Position numbers and translations under genes: made by a program. This document shows, one piece after another, positions 1-11,959 of a stretch of 64,000 nucleotides of DNA; the first letter of the stretch is position 1, and the number at the start of each line of letters is the position of its first letter. The stretch comes from Nemertoderma westbladi. Lineage: Eukaryota; Animalia; Xenacoelomorpha. Under the pieces are notes generated by a model. It did no database searches and was not told the DNA's origin. It worked only from the letters and a program-made list of their open reading frames with translations. Location: NCBI GenBank assembly GCA_032718475.1, contig JAUCBJ010004224.1, positions 62,001 through 126,000 on the forward strand, written 5' to 3'.

Positions 1-125
1 TTTAATGAGCCGCTATCGGTAGCCGCTAATCTTCTACCACGTCTGAATTTAATAATTGCCGTTTTATCTAGGTTTACGGTGAGTCCGTTACTTGAGGCCC
101 AGGTCGATAATGCATTGAGAGCTGC

Positions 126-1397
126 TTGGATGGCTTCCTTGCTATCGTGATCGTCCGATGCGAGAGTTGTGACACATTTGTACATTTAAAATGTTACCGT
201 AGGAAAAGCAGTAATTTATTCTCCACCAGAAACAATCTTGAGCCAAGTTTTCTCTGCAATAGCTGTATTTTTACCGAACTTCCCTTTCATGATACAATTT
301 TAGAATCAGAAACCGACGATTCATTCCTCACATCGCCTCTGCAAACTCCAAGTGATGCTGAGAGTGAAACTTTTAAATTTTTTAAGAAAAAAGGTCTGCA
401 TTTTTTGCACTTAAACGCACGATCTCTGCTTCCAAAACTTTCCGAAATTCGTATTTTAATCAATAAATCCAACCCAGCAGTTTTAACAATCTCTGAAACT
501 TGGCTCGATGATAGCGTTTCTGATGGAGAAATTTATATTGATAATTACGTAGTTTTACGTAAGGATATGGACAGACACGGTGGTGGTGTCTGTACTTACA
601 TTCGATGTGATTTAGCTTTTAATCGTAGGGAAGATTTAGAGTCTTGTGACGAAGTTTTACTGGTGGAACTTTTACTTCCTAAAACTAAACCTATTTTAAT
701 CGGTACTTTATATCGGCCCCCTAAACAATCAGATTTTTTGCAAAATTTTGAAAATACAATTTTATATAATCTTAGGTCAGACTGTGAAATATATTTCTTA
801 GGTGATTTTATTATCTGTTACCATCACAAAGCATCCCCCCTCTGTAAACAGTACCAAAGTATTTTAAATTTGTTTGGTTTAAAACAAATTATTCGAGATT
901 CTACCAGAATTACCAGTAAAACTTCTACTTTACTAGATCACATCCTTTGTAATAATACCGATATTATTTCTCAATCTGGGGTTTTACCTATAGGTCTAAG
1001 CGATCATTTTATAGTTTTTTGCACAAGAAAGACACAAAAATCTTTTTTCGGGGATCATAAAACAGTAACTGTTAGGTCTATGAAAAATTACAGCAAGGAA
1101 CGCTTTTTAAGTTTGTTAGTTAATTCTGACTGGGAACCCTGTTTTAAGGCCGCTGACATTAACCTTGCGTACACTGTTTTTAAAGATATATTTCTAAAGG
1201 CACTTAATACTGTAGCACCAATTAAAGAAATTAGTCTTAAACAACGCACTGAGCCCTGGATGACCTCGGGTATTCTTAGTAATATCAGAGAAAGAGATAA
1301 CTATTTGTATAAATTTAGGAAATACCGTGTTTTAGCTGATTATAATAATTACTGCAAATATAGAAACCTTGTCCAACGGGTAAACGCTGAAATCTGA
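126..1397 (+). pseudogene. LINE A ORF2 N-terminal part: PHD-like finger + APE endonuclease
   Basis: CESC...HLKC...CNSC; HLNARSL, ISETWL, GGGV, YRPP, GDF, LDHI, SDH motifs; frameshift/stop before the RT part. Confidence 0.9.
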
Positions 1398-1401
1398 ATA
1401 T

Positions 1402-2691
1402 TTGTACAACAAAATAAGTGAGAATAAAGATAATCCAAAAAGTCTATGGTCTACCCTAAAATCTTTACGTTATAAAAACCTAAACTCTAAATCGAATATT
1501 GTTCTGCAAGATAACGGTGAGCTGATTCATGATCATACTCTAGTTAGTAATTTATTTAATAATTATTTTACTAATGTTGCCTCTAATTTAGTTAAGAAAT
1601 TACCGTTATCAAGTAATAAATATAGTATAGGGTCCGAAACTCTAAATAATTTTTATTTAGAAAAGTTACAAAATTCAGAAAAGTTATTTTTAAAACCCGT
1701 TTCTGAGGATTTCGTTTTTAAAAATCTACTTAGCCTATCAGCCTCAAAAAGTACCGGTCTAGATCTAATACCTGCCCGTTTTCTTAAGGATGGTGCTGAA
1801 GTACTTAAAGTGCCTATTACTTTTATTATTAACTCTATCGTAGATAATGTAGTACCAGACGAACTGAAATTAGCTAAGGTTGTTCCTCTGTATAAAAAGA
1901 ATAGTAAAGTAGAACCCTGTAATTACAGACCTGTTAGTATCTTAAGTATTGTATCTAAAATTCTAGAACGTTCTGTTTTTCTACAGCTGGAGGCACATCT
2001 TAGTAGGCTAAATCTGATCTATGAACTTCAGTCCGGTTTTCGTAAATCATATTCTACAGACACCTGTCTTATTAACTTAACTGATACAATTAGATGTAAT
2101 AACGCAAAGGGTTTATATACTGGTATGGTAATGTTGGACCTACAAAAGGCTTTCGGTACTGTAGATCATGAAATTCTGCTTGGTAAGTTAGGCCTGATGG
2201 GTGTAGGTTCTATAGACTGGTTCAAGTCCTACCTGTCAGACAGAGGTCAAACTGTAGTCATTAGCAAATCGCTGTCTAATGTACAAGAGATTACCTGTGG
2301 TGTACCGCAAGGTAGTTTATTAGGTCCTCTGCTTTTTGTATGCTATGTAAATGATATGATAAGTAGTATAGATCCCGATTTTAAACTCATTTTATATGCC
2401 GACGACAGTGCTCTTATTTTCTCTCATAAAGATCCTATCCATATTTCCCAAAAGTTAAGTGCAGTTCTAGAATCCTGTAATGAGTGGTTGGTTGATAATA
2501 AGCTATCCATTCACTACGGTAAGACTGAAAGTATTTTGTTTGGTTCCAAAAGAAAGTTAAAGAAGGTAACTAAGTTTGAAGTCACTAGAAATGGACATAA
2601 GATTGAAAATAAAAAGGAAGTTAAATATTTAGACGCCACATTTAGCCTAAAAACACACTCCGACCTATTATATTCGAATATAGTTAAATAA
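1402..2691 (+). pseudogene. LINE A ORF2 reverse transcriptase domain (homology ends at ~2635)
   Basis: NYRPVSIL, QSGFR, DLQKAF, GVPQGS, YADD, KTE, VKYL motifs. Confidence 0.92.
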
Positions 2692-3030
2692 CTCTGGAAG
2701 CCCTGTGTTTTCTGAGTTGTAACACTGTGTACAAATTGGGAATAGTAACCCCAATTGTCTCACACTTTCAATCAATCAATCAATCAATGGAGCTCGAACG
2801 AGCTCGTGTATTATTCGCATAATGGGATACCACAATATTTAATTATAAAACAAACTCTGGAAGCCCTGTGTATTCTGAGTTGAAACACTGTGTACAAATT
2901 GGGAATAGTAACCCCAATTGTCTCACACTTTCTCAAGTCACTGGCTCTGTCTCCTCGAAAGTTACAAGTATTTAACTGGTTCTGTAGGTAGTAACATGAA
3001 AAAACCCCGGTTATAGCCTAAAAACACGCC
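2636..3030. mobile_element. Composite insertion in LINE A containing a short minus-strand retroposed 3' end (2770-2853) flanked by 79-bp direct repeats
   Basis: Breaks the RT frame between VKYL and RLKFLYR; contains (CAAT)n, a GAGCTC-GAAC-GAGCTC hairpin, and TAGCCTAAAAACAC near both ends. Confidence 0.55.
2691..2932 (+). repeat. 79-bp direct repeat pair (2691-2769 and 2854-2932)
   Basis: ACTCTGGAAGCCCTGTG...GTCTCACACTTTC occurs twice with 2 mismatches. Confidence 0.9.
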
Positions 3031-3033
3031 TAT

Positions 3034-3280
3034 AGGCTTAAGTTTCTATACAGAAATAAAAATAGTTTAAACACCGACTCCCGCAAGTTACTTTGCTCTT
3101 CTTTAATACAGTGTCACATGGACTATGCGTGCTCTTCTTGGTATGAAGGCTTAACCAAACAGCTTAAATGTAAATTACAAGTAGCTCAGAATAAAGTAGT
3201 ACGATTTATTAAAGACTACAAACCTAGGCACCACCTAACTCCAGATGACTTTTCTGAATCTGGACTACTTAACTTAGTAA
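3034..3280 (+). pseudogene. LINE A ORF2 post-RT fragment
   Basis: RLKFLYRNKNSL...LIQCHMDYACSSWY...KLQVAQNKVVRFI, a typical L2/Crack C-terminal region. Confidence 0.8.
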
Positions 3281-3524
3281 AAATAGATGTACTCACGGGT
3301 TGTCAGAATTTATATTATTATTTGTATTGTATTTAATTAATTTCGTCAATTTTAAATATTTAAAATAATAAATCCAAAAGTATAGTATCCTACCATGCGG
3401 CCCCTAAGACTCCTATTTTATCGCAACATTCATACCATTAATAGATTAATATTTATTTTTTAAATATGATTGTATTATTTTATTATATTATTACTATAAT
3501 TATTTATTTATATATTAATATTAT

Positions 3525-4925
3525 TTAAGTCATATTGTCTTTCAGGTGTTTTTTTAATGTTTGTTTAAATATTGTTGCGGATTTTATATTTATAATATTG
3601 TTTGGTAGACTGTTCCAAAATAAAGGTCCTAACACGGAGATAGATTGGTGAGCGACATGTAGATGAGTTAGAGGAATTACTAGTTTACCTGAGGCGGACG
3701 ATCGGGTGTTGTAATGATGAAATTCAGATGATTTAGAAAATAGAGTCGATAAAGGGTGATTTGTATTTGATAAAGCATCAAAAAGTAGTTGGCCTAAGTG
3801 AAATTTAAATAGAGATTCAAGGGGGAGAATATTTAATGATCTGTAAATAGGGATAGAGGAAGCTTGGTAGTGGCTAAAAGTTATGCAGCGAATTATTTTA
3901 TTAATTTTTATTCTAAGCGGGCGTATTGTCGTTGTATGTGTGGAACCCCATGCTAATATAGAGTATGTAATATACGGATGTACGAGACAGAAGTAGAGTG
4001 TGCGAAGAATTTCAAGGGGAAATATGTGCCTTAATTTATAAAAAATGCCTGATGTTTTGCAAATTTTAGCGAGGATATAATTAATATGTGATTTCCAATT
4101 TAGTTTTCGGTCCATCAATACACCTAGAAATTTCGCACACTCCACCTGTTTAATATTATTGTTTTTTATTTTTATTTTCGGTAAGCAGTCGTGCCGTTGA
4201 TTACTGGATATGAAATATTCTGTTTTAGTTAGGTTTAGTGATAAGCGGTTGTCGACTAGCCAATCAGAGATCTTGTCTAGCTCGTAGTTAGCAGTAGTAA
4301 TTAGTAGTTCAAGATCTTTGTGGCTATGAAGAAGGGTTGTGTCATCAGCGAAGAGGGTGGTCAGAAGGTTAGAAGCGTTAGGTAGATCATTAATATATAG
4401 TAAGAAGAGTAGTGGTGATAATACCGAACCTTGGGGAGTGCCACAACTCAGATGCAAAGGCGGTGAAAGACAGTTATTTAGAGAAACAGATTGTAACCGG
4501 TTTGATAAAAAGCTTTGAAAGAAATTTTTTGGTGTTCCGCGGATTCCATATGTATCGAATGCTTTTTTCAAGTCGATATAGATAGCACAGGCTGAGTTTT
4601 TAGAGTCCAGTATAGATCGAATTTTTTCAGTAACCGTTAATATGGCATATGATGTTGATATTTTTTTCCTGAAGCCGAACTGTCGTGATGTTAAAATTGA
4701 AAAGCGTTCGAGATAGTTTTGAAGTTGGGAATATATAATTTGTTCATAAATTTTGCTAAATACCGGTAAGAGAGAAATTGGGCGATAGTTATTTGGATCG
4801 AGTGGATCACCCCCCTTATAGTTTGGTATTATTTTAGCATATTTTAGGCAATCAGGAAAGTTACCAATAGTAATAGATAGGTTAATTAAGTAAGTAAGGT
4901 GGTGGGTGAGCAAGTGGTTCAGCAA
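3525..4925 (-). pseudogene. LINE B reverse transcriptase and C-terminal domain
   Basis: NYRPISLL, QFGFR, DLKKAFD (followed by a short deletion), GTPQGS, FADDT, KFLG, WNSLP. Confidence 0.92.
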
Positions 4926-5265
4926 TGGTTCTTAGAAGTTTATTAGGAAAGTTATCATTAGTAGCGGAGTTTGTATTTAATTGTAGTATCAAGTAGTGGA
5001 TTTCCGGGACAGTAGTGGGTACTAGAGAGAATGATTTAGAATTATAGCTACGGATGTGTCGGGTAGGTGATCGTACTGGGCGGGGCATAGAACGTTCTAA
5101 TTTTGAGCCTATAGAACTGAAATGCTCATTTAATGTGGAGGCAATTTTAATAGGGTCATTTGTTGTTTTGATGCCGTCGCTCGTAATAAAATTCATCTTA
5201 GTTGGCATTGCCGATTTTTTGGATCTATGTAGAACAGAATTAATAACAGCCCAGGTTTTGCGCAT
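4882..5265 (-). pseudogene. LINE B ORF2 linker fragment
   Basis: KTWAVIN...LNEHFSSIG; homologous to the LINE E linker. Confidence 0.8.
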
Positions 5266-5293
5266 GTTGCCTCTGTTTTTATTAAATTGTGAC

Positions 5294-6361
5294 TCATAGT
5301 ACGATTTTTCTGCAGCTTTTAATATTGTATTTATATTTTTTGTAATTTGATCCGTTATATGCTGTTGGAATTTTTAAAAATTTGGAGAAAAGTCTGTTCT
5401 TTTTTTTAATACATTTTAATAAGGCTTGAGTTATCCATGGTTTGTGTGTAATCTTCCTTTTCGGTATAAATTTTTTTGGTAGGTGTTTATTACATATTTT
5501 TTCAAAATATTGGTAAAAGTGTTCGAATTTTGATTCATTTGGAATATCTTGCGATCTGTATGAGCTCATTGGAATCGATTGGAAGTCAAATAAAAAGTCT
5601 GTGGCCTTAAATTTTGAGTAGTCATAGGTTGTTATTTTTTTGGGTTGTTCAAAAAATGCTGAGAACTCCTGAAAAATTGCAAAAGTTGCTAAATGGTCCG
5701 TTGTGCCATACTCAGATAAAAAGACTCCAGAGCTGTTTATGCATGTCGAAATATTTGTAATGATATGATCCAGGGTAGAGTTTGCTCCAAAGACTATACG
5801 TGTAGGTTGTTTTATAAGCTGAGTAAATCCGTAAGAGGATATTGTCTTAAGATATTGGGAACTTTCCTTGGTTATTTTGTTAAGGTTTACGTTAAAATCG
5901 CCAGCAAGTACAATATCTACATTTAGATTAGAGATGGATAACAAAAGTTTATCGAAAATTTCATGGAATGTATTAAAATTAACAGATGGTGGTCTGTAGA
6001 TTATACCTACTAAGAGATTTTTATTGCTATTTGTTTTAATTTGAATCCACTTGTTTTCAATTCCGTCGACTTTTAATTCAGGTTTTTCCAGAAAATTTAT
6101 GTTGTCTTTGATGTAGTAGCCTACGCCCCACCCAGTACCAGTTTTTCTTCCGCTCGGCCGGGCTGAAAGGAAGGGACCGGCATATCCTTCTATTTGTAGT
6201 TTACTTAAGTCTTCATTCTCGCCTACGAGAGTTTCTGAAAAAGTTAGCATATCGAAATCATGTTCTAATGTACTTAAAATATCGGTAGTTGGTGATAGAT
6301 TTCGGTTTAAACTCCTACAGTTGAGGTGGAAAATAGAAAAGTTAGGTTTAGAATTTATCAA
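5294..6361 (-). pseudogene. LINE B APE endonuclease domain
   Basis: HLNCRSL, FSET, IYRPP, GDFN, LDHI, TDH, KPWIT. Confidence 0.9.
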
Positions 6362-6431
6362 CTGAATTTCATCATTGAACCCGTCGTCAGTATAGTATTC
6401 GCTATACCTGGCGGTGTTTAAGATATGTATA

Positions 6432-6959
6432 TCAGCGGTCTATTGAACTAAATTTTGGATTGGTAATGTCGCTGTTAAAATCGGAAATAATTGTCGAGGA
6501 TTCAAATATATCGCCGTCGTCTGAAGAAATAGTTGTAAAAGGGAAAATATCACAGTAACAATGCATACAATAATGACCAGAAAAAGGGAAAATATCATAG
6601 TAACAATGCATACAATAATGACCAGAAAAAGGGAAAATATCATAGTAACAATGCATACAATAATGACCAGAAAAAGGGAAAATATCATAGTAACAATGCA
6701 TACAATAATGACCAGAAAAAGGGAAAATATCATAGTAACAATGCATACAATAATGACCAGAAAAAGATTTGGATCCATATAATTCATTGAGTTCAGCAAT
6801 AGTCAGATGAGAACCGCATGGTAGGTGGAACCAATTTCTACATAAAATACAGTGAATGGGAATATCAGAAGGGACAAACTGTGAGTAGCAAAATGTGCAT
6901 GAGGAACAGGGGGAAGGGGGAGGGGTTTGGGACAGGATTCTTGTAATTGGGATAGACAT
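6432..6959 (-). pseudogene. LINE B ORF2 N-terminal PHD-like finger with expanded Cys/His repeat
   Basis: CTFC...CILCRNWFHLPC...YCMHC, with (FSGHYCMHCYYDIFP)x5. Confidence 0.8.
6537..6765. repeat. 45-bp tandem repeat x5
   Basis: Unit AAAAAGGGAAAATATCATAGTAACAATGCATACAATAATGACCAG, near-identical copies. Confidence 0.95.
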
Positions 6960-7230
6960 GACAGTTTAATTTATCTCGTACTGGAACGGACCATACATTA
7001 CATATTATATATAGATAATATATCTGTACTTCAATACTCAATTAAAAATAAGATTTTTTAGAATGGCAGACATTTTACAGTTGTTCTAAATTTGATTTCC
7101 TTAGTAATATCCCTCACTTGGTTCATTATTATTAAAATTCCTTACTCAGATCTTCCTTCTTAATTAAATTATTTAATTAATTAATTCGTTAATATAAAAA
7201 TACCGTGCGTCCATTAACAGCTTGCTTCCT

Positions 7231-8103
7231 TCATGGAAGTTTGTCGGACTCGAGCGACTCGAAGGAGTTACTGATTTGAATAGGTTTACCGGAGACGCGA
7301 CTGCTCGATGCATCGCGTGGATGGAGAGATCGATCAACGGATGCCTTCGCGACAGCCGTTAGATCCGAATCGGTGACCGGACGGGAATATTGGTCGTCGG
7401 TTTGTATGGGTGGGGAAGAAACTGTTGGGCAGAGAACCGCGTCGATATCTTGGATTGTTGTTACTCGGATCGGTTTATCGTTTTGAGAAACGCGAATGGT
7501 AACGACACCAGAATATGAATAGGCAGCGTGTAGGCGCCTCGACCGCTTTAGTTTCAACGCGTGATGTAGAATAGCCATTCGGCGAGGTGTTAGGTGATCT
7601 GTTGCGTAGATGCCAGTACCTTCCAGTGATTTACGGTTTCCAAAAACGACCCAGCGTGATGAATGGCCATAAAATCGGACGATAATAGGACGGGACTTTG
7701 TCTTACCTTCTTTAGCTATTGAGTTGATACCGGTAGGTGACTTTCCAAGACGGTGAAAAATGTCAACGGAGTTAAAGTTAATACCTAGGGTGGAGAGAAC
7801 ATCTTGGAGAGATTTCCGATCGTCATCTTTGGTACCTTCGGCAATTCCATGAAGCAGAACCGAGTACCGCCGCTCGTATTGGTCAAATTCATCGATATGT
7901 AGCTCTTGTGCTGCAATCTTGTCTTTTAGAGCTAGGTTCTCTCTTTTTAATGTTTCGTTTTCCTTGAGGATAACTGGGATGAGTTCTAGCTGGGTCTTTA
8001 TGAGCTTAATGTCTCCATCCAAATATTCGAACTTAACTTCAATAAGGTCATTAAGCTTTTGTATAGCGGCAGCCCAGTTCTCTTTGTCAGCCTTGCGTGC
8101 CAT
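7231..8103 (-). CDS. LINE B ORF1 (coiled coil + RRM-like RNA-binding protein)
   Basis: Heptad-rich N-half; DQYERRYSVLLHGI, HRLG, RPIIVRF, DHLT motifs. Confidence 0.85.
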   Translation of the reverse strand: MARKADKENWAAAIQKLNDLIEVKFEYLDGDIKLIKTQLELIPVILKENETLKRENLALKDKIAAQELHIDEFDQYERRYSVLLHGIAEGTKDDDRKSLQDVLSTLGINFNSVDIFHRLGKSPTGINSIAKEGKTKSRPIIVRFYGHSSRWVVFGNRKSLEGTGIYATDHLTPRRMAILHHALKLKRSRRLHAAYSYSGVVTIRVSQNDKPIRVTTIQDIDAVLCPTVSSPPIQTDDQYSRPVTDSDLTAVAKASVDRSLHPRDASSSRVSGKPIQISNSFESLESDKLP

Positions 8104-9113
8104 TGCGGAACAGGCAGATAGAGGGTATTGATTGCAGGATTGAGTATTTAAGTTCAGTATTTATTTGCAAGTATTGGTCTGAGCCAGACTTAGGTAGGCA
8201 GTCAGCAGTAGCAGTACATTACAGCCATACTACAGTACTACTGTTATACTGCGGCTATGTCACACGAATAGCAAATAACATGTAACAATATAATAATTCT
8301 AGTACTCCCAACATAAAACTTAAAAATTCAGTGTTAAAATCAACTCCAACATCCAAATATTTAGGACTCTTCATAGATAGAAATCTCAGCTGGAAGCCGC
8401 ATTGTAATTACATACTAAAAAAAATCGCTAAGACAATGGGCATCTTTTATAAAATACGGCATTATGTACCTCTACATATTTTGCGCCTTCTTTATTTTTC
8501 ATTAATTCATCCATTTATAAATTACGGGTTAATTGTATGGGGTAACGCGGCCCATTCAATAATTAATCCTATCCGCACTAAAATTAATAAATTACTGCGT
8601 GCAATCACGTTTAGTGATAGATTTTCCTCCTCTGTGCCTATTTACAAATCTTTGAATATTTTACCTATCCAAGCGCTCTACAAATATCAGGTTTTAATAT
8701 TTATGTATAATGTTCTAAAAGGTAATTGTCCAAGCGATTTAAAAAGGTTGTTTTCTAGAACTGACGCTGTCCATTCCCATAGAACACGGTCGGCTAGCCA
8801 AAAAAATTTCTATATTCCATCAACTCGTATTCTTGTAATAATAATTAAATGCTTGAGTTAATACAATTATTTTATTCTTTAATTGTCAAGCTGAAGTAAA
8901 AAACCTTACCGGTAGGTATGCCAGTACAGTACGATACAAATACTAAAATAAAAAAGCAACTGACCATTAGACGTTGCATGCAATCAGTAATCAGCTGACG
9001 GCTGTCAGCTGATCAGTAGGTTTCGCCGCCCGGTCAAAACCAAGTTTGACACCGCACTCTTCTACTCTCAGGTAGATTATTTCACCCGCGCCACTGATGC
9101 TGACAAAGTAAGT

Positions 9114-10973
9114 GTGTCACACCACTCCCAGAATTACGCCAGGTTAATGCGCTTACAGCGGCAGTCAGATGCTGTCGCTACAACCGCGCGTTACTTGAAG
9201 CAACAGGGCCTGATTGCTGTGCCTTTTGACAAGGGGAACGGCTATTGTGTTATGAGGAAGGAGTCGTATCTGACCAAGGCTGATACTCTCATCGCCGACC
9301 CCGCCAAGTTTGGTCCCCCTCCAGGCCGCCCGGGTGCTGTGAAGATCGATATTTACCGTCGTAGGGCCGAGGTTATACGGGACGAGGTCACCAGTATTGT
9401 GGGTAAGGAGAGTAAGGAACTCCTAGCCAAGTTACTACCGCGCAAGGATACTACTCCCCCGAGGTTGTATGGCCTCGCTAAGGTCCACAAGGCTGGTGTC
9501 CCCCTCCGCCCGATAACTTCAATGCCCGGCAGCATCTACCACCCTGTCGCTGAGTACCTCAGGGACATGTTGCAGGTGCTGCCAGAGGGTAGGATTGGTA
9601 CTAACAGCGCCGGGGCTGCCGATCGTCTCGCCGAGCTGGAGGTAGAACCCACGGACCGCCTCTACTCCCTGGACGTAGTGAGTTTATTCACTAATGTTCC
9701 ACTCAAGGAGGCGGTGCAGCTTGCTGCTGATCTACTGTACGAGCAACATCCTGACCAGCCTATCAACAAGGACCAATTTATTCGTCTTATGTTGGTTGCT
9801 ACACAGGATGTTGTATTCCTGGATCACCGTGGTAACTACCGTTGTCAGAGGGATGGTGTCGCCATGGGCTCCCCTTTGGGTCCCATACTCGCCAACATCT
9901 TTCTGTCACAGTTCGATGAGCAGATCGCGGCGGGTACCAAGCTTAGCGATAGGTACGTTGATGACGTGTTTAGCGTTGGTAGTAATGACCCCACTGAGAA
10001 GCTGAGAGAGGTCAATGCCCTCCACCCCAATCTTAAGTTTACACTTGAGTTGGAGGAACAGGGCCGCTTGCCTTTCCTTGATTTGGTTGTGTCCCGTACT
10101 GACCACGCGCTTGCGACGGCGTGGTACCGCAAGCCTACAGATACCGGGCTTGTTCTTAATGCTACTGCGTGTGCCCCTGAGGCATACAAATGGGGGGTAG
10201 TTCGTGGAATGTTTCATCGCATTTTCAACGTCAGTAAGGGCGGGGATGGCTCCCAGCTCCTTTCTGCAATTGGCGAAGCTAACACCATTCTTAGCAATAA
10301 CCAATATACGAATGCGATGATTCAACGCGAGCTTACCGCCGTCCGTGCCGCTAGGGGGCGTCCTGGCAATTGTAGTGAGAGCGAGGTGACTGCGGTTGCA
10401 CCCACTGAGGTCATTGACCTGGTGGATCCAGCACCCGTAGATAATCGCAGGCCTATCATCTGTAAGTTTGAGTACCGCGGTCGGGCTACCGAACTTTTCG
10501 TTCGTAGGCTACGTGGTCTAGTACCGAGATCTTGCGCACGGCCAGTGCGGTTTGTTTACACAACTGCCAAACTGCGCCAATCACTGCCATCATTGAAACA
10601 TCCGGTTCCCGATATTCTGGCTTCTAACGTCGTGTATTCATTTGCTTGTCCCTCTTGTAAGGGGGAATATGTTGGACATACCATCCAACACTTATTTGAA
10701 CGCGTTAGACAGCATCAAGACGGGTCGGCCAATGATGGTAGTGAACAAGGCAAGACAGTTCACAACCATATCATGACGCACCGCGGGGAGCCCAACACAC
10801 GTTGGTTGACTGACTGGCGAGAGTTGTTCAAACACTTCAAGGTTATTGCACGGCACCCTTTGCGTCCTGTCCTGCAAAAACTAGAAATGTTTTATATACG
10901 CACTCGCCAGCCAGCTATTAACAAGCAGAAACGTGATTGGCGCAAGTTTGAGGTGCTGCTTCCCAGTGGTTAG
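9114..10973 (+). CDS. Penelope RT + GIY-YIG endonuclease (frame open from ~9030; N-terminus truncated)
   Basis: DKG, LYGLAKVHK, PLRPI, SLDVVSLFTNVP, GVAMGSPLGP, RYVDD, LPFLD, YRKPT; NVVYSFACPSCKGEYVGHT...RVRQH...LE...PAIN. Confidence 0.95.
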   Translation: MSHHSQNYARLMRLQRQSDAVATTARYLKQQGLIAVPFDKGNGYCVMRKESYLTKADTLIADPAKFGPPPGRPGAVKIDIYRRRAEVIRDEVTSIVGKESKELLAKLLPRKDTTPPRLYGLAKVHKAGVPLRPITSMPGSIYHPVAEYLRDMLQVLPEGRIGTNSAGAADRLAELEVEPTDRLYSLDVVSLFTNVPLKEAVQLAADLLYEQHPDQPINKDQFIRLMLVATQDVVFLDHRGNYRCQRDGVAMGSPLGPILANIFLSQFDEQIAAGTKLSDRYVDDVFSVGSNDPTEKLREVNALHPNLKFTLELEEQGRLPFLDLVVSRTDHALATAWYRKPTDTGLVLNATACAPEAYKWGVVRGMFHRIFNVSKGGDGSQLLSAIGEANTILSNNQYTNAMIQRELTAVRAARGRPGNCSESEVTAVAPTEVIDLVDPAPVDNRRPIICKFEYRGRATELFVRRLRGLVPRSCARPVRFVYTTAKLRQSLPSLKHPVPDILASNVVYSFACPSCKGEYVGHTIQHLFERVRQHQDGSANDGSEQGKTVHNHIMTHRGEPNTRWLTDWRELFKHFKVIARHPLRPVLQKLEMFYIRTRQPAINKQKRDWRKFEVLLPSG

Positions 10974-11058
10974 ACGGATACACTTCTACCTTGTTTCACT
11001 TTACCGTCCCGTCTCCCTTGGGAACTTCTATCTATTGTCTCCTTTCTAGCACTAGCTA

Positions 11059-11118
11059 CTTGAGAAAGCCCCCATTGGGGGCGAAACCTACTGATCAGCT
11101 GACAGCCGTCAGCTGATT
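11059..11118 (+). ncRNA. Hammerhead-ribozyme-like motif at the pLTR boundary (variant core)
   Basis: CTTGAGAAA-GCCCCC-ATT-GGGGGC-GAAAC followed by a TGATCAGCTGAC/GTCAGCTGATTA hairpin; hammerheads are typical of Penelope pLTRs, but the core is not canonical CUGANGA. Confidence 0.5.
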
Positions 11119-11765
11119 ACTGATTGCATGCAACGTCTAATGGTCAGTTGCTTTTTTATTTTAGTATTTGTATCGTACTGTACTGGCATACCTACCGGTA
11201 AGGTTTTTTACTTCGTATTCTTGTATCTCAAAGATCACTAAAATATCAGGGTCCTTTTTTGTGGAATTTATTGCCTACTTCAATTAAAGAATGTCAATCA
11301 TTAAACATATTTTCTGCTAAACTAAAAAAATATTTAATTAATGAACTGTAACTGCGGGGTCTATGTCTGGTGCTTTGGTCAGTTCGCTAACGGCTCGTAT
11401 TATTAACGTTGTTGTCTATTCCGTTATCCACTTATAATTTGGGTTTAGTTTATTTCTAACTTTGCTCCTTGTGTGTAATTTTTAATTCAAATGTCGTGCC
11501 TACGTACAGATGGATCGTCACTTTTATGTATTCATATATTTCTACGTGCTTTAAATTTAATTATATATAATGTATACGGTAGTAATTCTAATGAACACAA
11601 TATATACTGTATTAAAATCGTCAATAACCTTCTAAACGGCGCACAGCCACGTACTAGCTTTGCTATATTGCTGTGTTGCCCTTTTCACTATTACCTAGTT
11701 AAATTTTAATTTCACATTACCTTTAAAACTTAGCGCTCCGGCACTTATTTCGAGGAAATTAACTA

Positions 11766-11935
11766 TTTGTAAATACGTAAATTTTGATTGAAATTTTTTT
11801 TTTGTTATGTATATTGTATGTACTTTATATATATGTGAAATTAGTTTATTAGTTATATTAGTTTGTAAATACGTAAATTTTGATTGGAATTTTTTTTGTT
11901 ATGTATATTGTATGTACTTTATATATATATTAGTG
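11766..11935 (+). repeat. Tandem duplication (~95-bp period) in the LINE C 3' UTR
   Basis: TTTGTAAATACGTAAATTTTGATTG...GTACTTTATATATAT occurs twice. Confidence 0.85.
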
Positions 11936-11959
11936 AAATAAATAAATAAACTGAAACTG

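Larger units (their letters stand above)
3283..8270 (-). mobile_element. LINE B (L2/Crack/Daphne-like), near full length with ORF1 and frameshifted ORF2; 3' terminus not evident
   Basis: ORF1 7231-8103, PHD 6432-6959, APE 5294-6361, linker 4882-5265 and RT 3525-4925 are collinear on the minus strand; boundaries approximate. Confidence 0.85.
8838..11212 (+). mobile_element. Penelope-like retroelement (Penelope/Poseidon type), 5'-truncated, with inverted pseudo-LTR
   Basis: RT + GIY-YIG ORF; 135-bp inverted repeats at 8893-9027 and 11080-11214; 13-bp TSD TCGTATTCTTGTA at 8825-8837 and 11213-11225. Confidence 0.92.

Noticed and set aside
6537-6765. Regular 45-bp repeats as a CRISPR array
   Set aside because: Head-to-tail tandem units with no unique spacers, in frame in a LINE ORF, in a eukaryotic context
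6440-6799. Very hydrophobic 119-aa ORF as a membrane protein
   Set aside because: Alternative frame of the 45-bp tandem repeat; the same applies to 6561-6782
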